Of a stretch of DNA of 64,000 nt, positions 57,108 through 64,000 are shown piece after piece. The stretch covers positions 1 through 64,000 of the forward strand of contig JBEKSC010000013.1 of assembly GCA_049517415.1 (NCBI GenBank). Direction: 5' to 3'. Positions within the stretch are counted from its first letter, which is position 1. Every line of letters starts with the position of its first letter. Under the pieces are notes generated by a model. That model was not told the origin of the DNA and ran no database searches. It saw only the letters and a list, made by a program, of their open reading frames with translations. The translations under genes and the position numbers were made by a program. The stretch is from Candidatus Bathyarchaeia archaeon. Its GTDB lineage: Archaea; Thermoproteota; Bathyarchaeia; 40CM-2-53-6.

Positions 57108-58224
57108 AGTATGGAAATACCTTCTTCCCGAAGAAGTCTATGAACTTGTTTTGATCTGGACTGGTGCTGAGAAATTCTATTTCTGTAACACCTGCAGCTA
57201 GGTACGTTTCGATTTTCTTTATAGCCTCCTCTTTACTGGTCAATATGAAACGCGTCTTGATTGTATCCTCTCTTGTTATCGCTTGCGCTTTCGCTTCGAT
57301 TTCTCGTGGGTCGTATACTTCAGCGTTGAATATGCCGGGAACCATCGTAGCGTTCCAGAATTTGCAGCCCGCGACGGCTCTTTCGAAATCTTCGTCGTAG
57401 GAGGTTATAATGTGAATGATCTTCTTGACCTCTTCCGCGTTTCTTCCCCCGTCTTTGGCTCCTCTCTGGACGGCTGGAAGCAGTTCAGATTTGAACTTCG
57501 ACTCGAAGACTCGGCCGCTCGTTAACAACCCGTCGGCATATTTGCCTGCGACATATGCCGTGGATCGCCCGTTGCCTGCGACGTATAACGGGATTTTGCC
57601 TCTGGGCTTCGTATACAAATTCGCTTTTCTCAGCCTATAGTATTTGCCCTCAAAATCAACGAAGCTTTCGGTCCACAGTTTCTTTATGATGATTATGGAT
57701 TCTTCAAGTCTACTTAATCTCTCACTGAAGGATGGCCAGCGTAACCCCAGCGGCGCCTCATTCATTGCTTCTCCGGTCGCCAAACACAAGAAGACGCGGC
57801 CAGGATACATGCAGCTGAAAGTCGAAAAAGCTTGGGCAACAAGAGCTGGGTGATATCTCAGCAGAGGGGGCGTGACTGTACCCAAGGAGACCTTTTTCGT
57901 CCTCTCAGCGGCTGAGGCCAGCCAAATCCACGCGAAACCGGAATGAGCGTTTGTGTGAGTCCAAGGGTGGAAGTGATCGCTACTCCAGATGCTGTCAAAG
58001 TTGTTTTCCTCAGCTTTTACCGCGAAATCCAGAAGCTCCTTAGGGTCGTATTGCTCGTGTGCTGCATAGAAGCCGAATCTGCAAATCAAGTCTTGCTCAC
58101 CTAAGGACACGAGACTGTCCAATGAGTTCTTAAGTTGTTTTGCTTTCTTGCGCGCCATCTTGTTGAACGACGAAACAGTTGTCTGCTCGGGCTTTAGATC
58201 TCTACTCGAGAGTGCTCCGAACAC
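57097..58224 (-). CDS. F420-dependent LLM oxidoreductase, G6PDH-like subfamily
   Basis: AHEQY, SDHFHPW, RYHPALVAQ, TGEAMNE; true start probably ~40 codons downstream. Confidence 0.88.
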   Translation of the reverse strand: MFGALSSRDLKPEQTTVSSFNKMARKKAKQLKNSLDSLVSLGEQDLICRFGFYAAHEQYDPKELLDFAVKAEENNFDSIWSSDHFHPWTHTNAHSGFAWIWLASAAERTKKVSLGTVTPPLLRYHPALVAQAFSTFSCMYPGRVFLCLATGEAMNEAPLGLRWPSFSERLSRLEESIIIIKKLWTESFVDFEGKYYRLRKANLYTKPRGKIPLYVAGNGRSTAYVAGKYADGLLTSGRVFESKFKSELLPAVQRGAKDGGRNAEEVKKIIHIITSYDEDFERAVAGCKFWNATMVPGIFNAEVYDPREIEAKAQAITREDTIKTRFILTSKEEAIKKIETYLAAGVTEIEFLSTSPDQNKFIDFFGKKVFPYFRR

Positions 58225-58293
58225 TCATTATCAACAATCGTTAGTTTAATATCATTTAAGATCGTTGACACAAGGCTTACAGGAGACACAACG

Positions 58294-58995
58294 GTGTGTG
58301 CCCTCAGTAGCAAAACGATAACTTATCGAGAGCTTGCAAGAACTCTGGATCTCTCCTTGCTCAAACCAGAGATGACAGAAGCCGATATCATAACTGGTTG
58401 TCGGCAAGCACTGTCCTACCAACTGGCTTCGGTCTCGGTAAAGCAATGCTATCTAAAGCTGGCTGTAAAAGAATTAACTGGGTCGAACGTGGCGGTCGGC
58501 ACGGTCGTGGGTTTTCCACATGGCGATAATACGACCGCCATCAAAGTTGCCGAGACGCGGGAGGCGGTCGCAAATGGAGCCGTAGAGCTGGACATGGTGA
58601 TCAATGTCGGTGAACTGCGTTCGGGACATACGCGATACGTGCAGGACGAAATTCAGTCCGTTGTCCAGGCTGCAGATGGCAAAGCGATCCTCAAGGTGAT
58701 CTTAGAGACTGTTTACTTGAACCGCGAACAAATTGTGCAGGCGTGTAAACTTGCGGAAGCAGCTGGAGCAGACTTTGTGAAAACCTCTACGGGCTTTTCA
58801 CCGCGCGGCGCGACACCTGAAGACGTCAGTTTGATGCGCGCTTCCGTCGGCCCCGAAGTGCAGGTGAAGGCAGCTGGAGGGGTGAGAAGCCTAGACTCGC
58901 TGCTCGCTGTGATCGACGCTGGAGCCACGCGCGTCGGTGCCTCGGCGGCGTTCCGTATGCTGGATGAATTCAACCAGCGTTATCCAAGCCGATAA
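58294..58995 (+). CDS. deoC: Deoxyribose-phosphate aldolase
   Basis: VGFPHG, ELDMV, KVILET, FVKTSTG, KAAGG. Confidence 0.93.
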   Translation: MCALSSKTITYRELARTLDLSLLKPEMTEADIITGCRQALSYQLASVSVKQCYLKLAVKELTGSNVAVGTVVGFPHGDNTTAIKVAETREAVANGAVELDMVINVGELRSGHTRYVQDEIQSVVQAADGKAILKVILETVYLNREQIVQACKLAEAAGADFVKTSTGFSPRGATPEDVSLMRASVGPEVQVKAAGGVRSLDSLLAVIDAGATRVGASAAFRMLDEFNQRYPSR

Positions 58996-59096
58996 TCCCG
59001 CGCCTTGGCAGAGAATGAAAAATCATTGTGCACATAAGGAGCAAGATAGAAACGTCCCTGAAGAAATTGACCCGCGTGAGTACTCGGAAGAAGTAA

Positions 59097-60626
59097 GTGA
59101 CAATGAGCCGCCAGCTTCTGCTAGGAATTGACATTGGAACCCAAGGCACCCGAGTTGCGTTGATTGATCCCGCCGGCAAAGTTCTCGCCAGCCACAGCAG
59201 CAACTATGACATGGTGACGCCGTCCGCGGGCTGGGCAGAAGAAGACCCCGACGATTGGTGGCACGCAACGATCTCCGGCATTCAACAGGTGATCAAAGCA
59301 TCCGGGGCTAGGCCACAGGAAGTAGCGGCGGTCGGCGCGGATGCTCAGATGCACGCTACCGTTCCCGTCGGTTCATCGGGCGAGTTACTCAGTCACGGTG
59401 TCCAACTTTGGTGCGACAAGCGCGGCGCCAAGCTGGTTGAAGAATACAAGAGCAAGTCTTTTGCCAGCAGGGCGGCCCGATTAGCCGGCAGCCCGCCTGT
59501 TGCCGCTTGGATCGGTTTCAAGATTAAATGGCTGAGAAAAAACGAACCTGATATATACGCCAAGACTTGGAAATTCCTGACCGGTTCGGGGTATATTAAC
59601 TACCGCTTAACCGGAGAGGCTGCTATCGATTGGAGTGAGGCTTCCGGTACTTACCTGCTGGACGCAGAGACGCTTGCCTGGTCTGAGGAGCTAGGCGGAT
59701 ACCTAGAAGTCGATCTCCGGAAACTTCCGCCAGTCAGCCCATCCGCCCGCGTCATAGGGAGAGTCAATGGCGAAGCGGCCAGTTTGACCGGTTTACTGCA
59801 AGGAACTCCTGTCGTCGCAGGAGCTGGCGACATGATGGCTGAGCTAATCGCCGCAGGTTTAGCGGAGCCGGGTTATGCTCTGGATATTTCGGGTACCGCT
59901 TCCGACATGGTGATCTACGTGGACAAACCAGTTCTGGACCCACCGATGATGAACTTACACCACGCCCTGCCAGGATGGATACCTTTTGGGATTGCGGAAG
60001 CCGGCGGGGGGTCGCTTAAGTGGTTTAAAGATGCCCTGTGCCAGGCAGAGGTCGCTCAGGCAACGGCGGAAGGCCGTGGCGTGTACAACATCCTAGACGG
60101 AAAGGCAGCAATCGTGGAGCCTGGATGTGAGGGGCTGCTTTACCTGCCTTATCTGATGGGCGAGCGGGTTCTCGGATCTTCTCACTCGCGGGGCGTCTTC
60201 TTCGGATTAACCCCGCGGAGCAGCATTGGTGCCATGTGGCGGGCTACCATGGAGGGTGTCACATATGAGCTGCGTCGCACTCTTGAGATCGTCGAAAGCG
60301 CCGGCAACCAGATCAACAGCATCTTTACCAGCGGCGGCGGCGCCCGCAGTAACACCTGGTCGCAGATCAAAGCTGATATCTACAGGAAGCCGGTCTCAAC
60401 GCTGGCCGAATCCGAAGGAGGGGCGATCGGCTCCGCCATCTTGGCGGGCGTCGGCGCAGGGGTCTTCGCTGATGTTCAGAGTGGGGCTAGGCCGTTCGTC
60501 AAAGTTAATCAAGTATTCGAGCCCGATCCGTCCAATCGAGCGCGTTACGATTACCTATATCTTTTGTTCAAGGAGCTGCATGATGTTCTCCAGCCAAAAT
60601 TTGTGAAACTGTTCCTAGCTCCTTGA
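59097..60626 (+). CDS. FGGY-family carbohydrate kinase (xylulokinase-like)
   Basis: GIDIGT, QMH, WCDKR, GAGD, PYLMGER, GGGARS. Confidence 0.9.
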   Translation: MTMSRQLLLGIDIGTQGTRVALIDPAGKVLASHSSNYDMVTPSAGWAEEDPDDWWHATISGIQQVIKASGARPQEVAAVGADAQMHATVPVGSSGELLSHGVQLWCDKRGAKLVEEYKSKSFASRAARLAGSPPVAAWIGFKIKWLRKNEPDIYAKTWKFLTGSGYINYRLTGEAAIDWSEASGTYLLDAETLAWSEELGGYLEVDLRKLPPVSPSARVIGRVNGEAASLTGLLQGTPVVAGAGDMMAELIAAGLAEPGYALDISGTASDMVIYVDKPVLDPPMMNLHHALPGWIPFGIAEAGGGSLKWFKDALCQAEVAQATAEGRGVYNILDGKAAIVEPGCEGLLYLPYLMGERVLGSSHSRGVFFGLTPRSSIGAMWRATMEGVTYELRRTLEIVESAGNQINSIFTSGGGARSNTWSQIKADIYRKPVSTLAESEGGAIGSAILAGVGAGVFADVQSGARPFVKVNQVFEPDPSNRARYDYLYLLFKELHDVLQPKFVKLFLAP

Positions 60627-60764
60627 GAGGAAACTCAGGGCGGGTTAATGAAACCATTCCCACCGAGAACTATTTCTAGAAGAAAGCTTTAGCCTCAGTG
60701 AACGTACGAGTGAAACAATGAGGCTATTCCACGGCAGAAGCCACTGACCGGAGAGTGATCACGG

Positions 60765-61766
60765 TTGACAAAGATATTCGTTGCATCGCGCTCCTTCGGC
60801 AAGGTAGTCGATGACGGATTTACCCTCCTGAGAAGAGAGGGAGAGATAATAGGGAATCCTTTGGGCAGAGCGTTGAGTTCGGATGAGCTTCGAGAAAGTC
60901 TCCGAAATGTAGATGCAGCATTGCTTGGCAACGACATTTGTGATGCTAACGTCTTCAATGCAGCCAGCAGACTGAAGGTTGTAAGTCGTCACGGGGTAGG
61001 AGTCGACTTCGTAGATCTCAAGTCCGCGACTCAGAATGGAATTGTGGTGACTAACACCCCTGGGGTGAATACTATCGCAGTTGCTGAGCACACAATGGCA
61101 CTGATGCTGGCGATCTTGAGGAAGATTCCCGACGCCGATTCGTCGTTGAAGTCGAAGAGGTGGGAAGGACTCAAATTCGTGGGCAAAGAGTTAGCGGGCA
61201 GAAAGCTAGGGATCATCGGCTTAGGCGCCATAGGAAAGGAAGTTGCGAAGAGAGCGAGGGCATTCGGAATCGAGATACTCTACACGGACGAAGTAAGAGA
61301 TACGCTCTTGGAAAAAGAGCTGAGCATATCATTCGTCTCTCTACACGACCTGCTGAGAATGTCGGACATAATTTCGCTTCATGTTCCTCTCACGTCTGAT
61401 ACGAGGGGACTAATTGGCCGAAGGGAGATCTCAATGATGAAGGTGGGCGCGTACATTGTCAATGCAGCCAGAGGCGGTATCGTAGACAGCGATGCGTTGG
61501 CAGAAGGGCTTCGAAACGGACGGATAGCAGGAGCAGCGATTGATGTTTTTGATAAGGAACCGCCCGACTTCTCATCCGCATTGTTCAACGTAGAGAAAAT
61601 CATCATGACTCCCCACATGGGCGCCTATACAATTGAGGCCATAAGGCGAATGGATTGTATGGCAGCAGAGAACATAGTGAAAGTCCTCCATGGCGAGACG
61701 CCCGAGCATGTGGTCAACAGAGAAGTCCTGTCCAGCCAAAGCCTCAGGATGAAAGCCTTACTCTGA
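60765..61766 (+). CDS. D-isomer-specific 2-hydroxyacid dehydrogenase (SerA-like)
   Basis: GVGVD, GLGAIG, NAARG, DVF..EP, TPHMG. Confidence 0.92.
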   Translation: MTKIFVASRSFGKVVDDGFTLLRREGEIIGNPLGRALSSDELRESLRNVDAALLGNDICDANVFNAASRLKVVSRHGVGVDFVDLKSATQNGIVVTNTPGVNTIAVAEHTMALMLAILRKIPDADSSLKSKRWEGLKFVGKELAGRKLGIIGLGAIGKEVAKRARAFGIEILYTDEVRDTLLEKELSISFVSLHDLLRMSDIISLHVPLTSDTRGLIGRREISMMKVGAYIVNAARGGIVDSDALAEGLRNGRIAGAAIDVFDKEPPDFSSALFNVEKIIMTPHMGAYTIEAIRRMDCMAAENIVKVLHGETPEHVVNREVLSSQSLRMKALL

Positions 61767-61995
61767 TACGTTGGGACTGACTGCAACTGGCATGCCTCGG
61801 TTGTAGCAATCCGTTCGACCTGAGTTTGCCTTGCCGCAAATTGCCTTTAGTGATTCGAGACAGATTGGTGGAGCGAGTAATTCTGCTGAATATGTGATGC
61901 ATTTATCAGGTCCTGCGCTTGCATTCGCAAGTCCTTACAGTTTTCTGCGGTTGCCTATGGCCTAGCGAACTGAGGCCACGCGTTAATACTGCAAG

Positions 61996-62610
61996 TCAAA
62001 TCTCGGTCATAAATTTTGGATTGTCGACAACTTCGACCCTGCCGTGCTCTTCAACGACGAGTTTTGGAAAACCTCGTTTTTGGACAGTTTCGTAGTCATG
62101 TCCTGCGTCTGCCTGATACGTAAACAAGAACACCAGCTTTTGCGTTCCTGGATTTACCACTCGGTGCCCCCATCCTGGAGGGACGTAGATCACATCTCCC
62201 ATGCTCATTCGCACTTGTTCTGAATTGCCGGTCCTCGATTGGAGCAGAATCAATCCTTCTCCGTCTAATCCCAGATAGACTTCGGAGGACGCTTCGTTTA
62301 GGTGGAAGTGTCCCTTTGTCATGTAGAATTCCTTCCCAATCTTGCCCGGATAGAGAATGGTCGTACCATAGTTCATATGCCCGCCTTCTTGGGGATGCAG
62401 ACATTCATACACTTCATAGATAATCGGATCTTGACCGGTCTTCAAGATGCTCTCTGTCGCTTGTTTGTCCGCGAAAAAAGCATGCAGATCTTGCAAGCTA
62501 CGCTTCGTTGACGTCGAGGGCGATAAAACTCCATCGTCGAGAGAAGTATGTTGGGGCTCCAGTGGTGTTTCCATCGGGTCACCTGGTGAAACACAGCTGT
62601 CAAGCCTCAC
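61996..62610 (-). CDS. Cupin-type glucose-6-phosphate isomerase
   Basis: PGKIGKEFYMTKGHFH, EVY, YVPPGWGHR, DAGHDY. Confidence 0.9.
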   Translation of the reverse strand: MRLDSCVSPGDPMETPLEPQHTSLDDGVLSPSTSTKRSLQDLHAFFADKQATESILKTGQDPIIYEVYECLHPQEGGHMNYGTTILYPGKIGKEFYMTKGHFHLNEASSEVYLGLDGEGLILLQSRTGNSEQVRMSMGDVIYVPPGWGHRVVNPGTQKLVFLFTYQADAGHDYETVQKRGFPKLVVEEHGRVEVVDNPKFMTEI

Positions 62611-62978
62611 TAGGGTTCAAAGAATATTTAAGGAAACGTGCTTGCCTCTTGGCCTCGGAGAATCAGCCTGGGACAATCTTGTTATTCAGGGGCAGTTCTA
62701 GGCTGCGAAGTCGTTCGATTTGTTTCTTGCAGTGTATTCGCAAGATCAGTTTTCAGGTCGTGCATGACGAGGAGTGTCTATCCTAGCTCGCGTCTGTTTG
62801 CCTCAGACGTGGTTCTTTCAGCCCCGACGGTTCTCGTCTATTTTGAGTTCAGGTCTTTTCGGTTATCCTTGTACAGCTTTAATTGGACGTGTCTTCGAGT
62901 TCAAGACGTATGCATTAGGCAACAGCGTCTTGGGATTGGACCATGCGGATCTCCGCGTTTCTGCAGAATTCACTGACA

Positions 62979-63902
62979 TTAGAAAGACGGCGTGACCTCC
63001 TTCTCGAAGAGGCCGATGCTCGGCAGGAGATCCTCGATGTGAAGCATGAAATAGGAAGCGCCGAGGTCCACAAAACGCTCGAGTAAGGAGATGCAAGCCG
63101 AAGGAGTGCCGACGAAACGTCTCTCAGGCGTCAGACTTGGAGGGGCTTCTCGTTCTCTTTTCCGAGCCTGCTCCTCGTCCTCACCCAGTATCAATTCAAG
63201 AGTTACAGACCTCACGATGTCCTCGATTTTCGTTCCGACGGATTCGCAGTGCCTTTCCAGGGCCGCCAGCTTCTTCTGAAATGTCTGGAGGCTTGTGGAT
63301 TTTCCTGAGAAGTTGCATGCGTCTCCGTACTTGGCCGCCACTTTGAGTGTTAGCTCTTCCCCTCCTCCTCCTATCCAGAGAGGCGGCCCTCCGGGCTGCA
63401 CCGGTTCCGGCCGGCACACCGCGTTTAAGATATGGTAATATTTCCCTTGGAACGTGACTGGTTTGCCGCTCCACATTAACTTGATTATTGCAGCCGCTTC
63501 TTCTAGACGCCGTATCCTCTCGGCGGCAGAGCTGAAACGATAGCCATACGCTCTGTATTCATCCTCTTTCCATCCGGCTCCTATCCCGAGCTCAAGGCGT
63601 CCTTCAGATATTACATCTAAGGTGGCCGCCATTTTGGCGACGAGAGCCGGGTTTCGGTAGCCATTGCAGAGGAAGAACGGACCGAGGTGGATTCTTGAAG
63701 TCTCACGTGATAAGGCCGACAGTGTTGTCCAGCATTCGAACACCGGGGAGCTCGATCCCCATGTAAAGTGATCCATTAACCACGCCGAGTCGAAGTCCGC
63801 ATCCTCACAGACACGAAGTAAGCTTACGAGCTGCTGGTAATCTGAGGGAACGGACGCATGAGGAGCCTCGTTCAGGATCGCTCCAAACTTTGTATTGATC
63901 AA
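62979..63902 (-). CDS. F420-dependent LLM oxidoreductase
   Basis: MDHF, ECWTTL, YRNPALVAKMAATLD.ISEGRL.LGIGAGW, WIGGGGE. Confidence 0.9.
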   Translation of the reverse strand: MINTKFGAILNEAPHASVPSDYQQLVSLLRVCEDADFDSAWLMDHFTWGSSSPVFECWTTLSALSRETSRIHLGPFFLCNGYRNPALVAKMAATLDVISEGRLELGIGAGWKEDEYRAYGYRFSSAAERIRRLEEAAAIIKLMWSGKPVTFQGKYYHILNAVCRPEPVQPGGPPLWIGGGGEELTLKVAAKYGDACNFSGKSTSLQTFQKKLAALERHCESVGTKIEDIVRSVTLELILGEDEEQARKREREAPPSLTPERRFVGTPSACISLLERFVDLGASYFMLHIEDLLPSIGLFEKEVTPSF

Positions 63903-64000
63903 TCGTCTTCATGCCCACCAAATGCTGGCTACCGACGAGTGCCATAAGCTGCGCTCAATCTCGCAATAGCAAATAAGAAACGCTTCGGAAAATAGTAGAT

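Noticed and set aside
62611..62978. Short ORFs between the cupin PGI and LLM genes
   Set aside because: No recognisable motifs or coherent composition.
462..63474. Numerous antisense and nested ORFs in the six-frame track
   Set aside because: They overlap well-supported genes and have no motifs; treated as shadow ORFs.

Overview
Archaeal chromosome segment, most consistent with a Bathyarchaeia-like (TACK) lineage; this placement is inferred from gene content, not computed. In order: (1) 1-14560, a minus-strand glycosylation/nucleotide-sugar cluster containing several decayed gene stubs; (2) 14557-23662, membrane and secreted hypotheticals, a VapBC pair and a PEF-CTERM pseudo-metalloprotease; (3) 23691-24336, a duplicated ~250-bp non-coding element; (4) a two-intron tRNA-Ser(GGA) that is the integration site of a ~6.6-kb integrase-less island carrying an M29-like peptidase, an ECF transporter and lysA, bounded by 77-bp direct repeats; (5) a ribosomal/RNA polymerase operon with rps11 missing and an apparent relic left behind; (6) an isoprenoid/ether-lipid supercluster with two haloarchaeal-type phosphomevalonate decarboxylase paralogs, mevalonate kinase, a UbiD decarboxylase, class II HMGR, DGGGPS, GGGPS, DUF2070 and egsA, followed by gltX; (7) an F420-LLM/DeoC/FGGY-kinase sugar cluster. 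The best candidates for new biology are the island (possible diaminopimelate/peptide salvage module), the apparent coexistence of two lower mevalonate routes, and the duplicated non-coding element. All calls come from reading motifs by eye; no searches were run.
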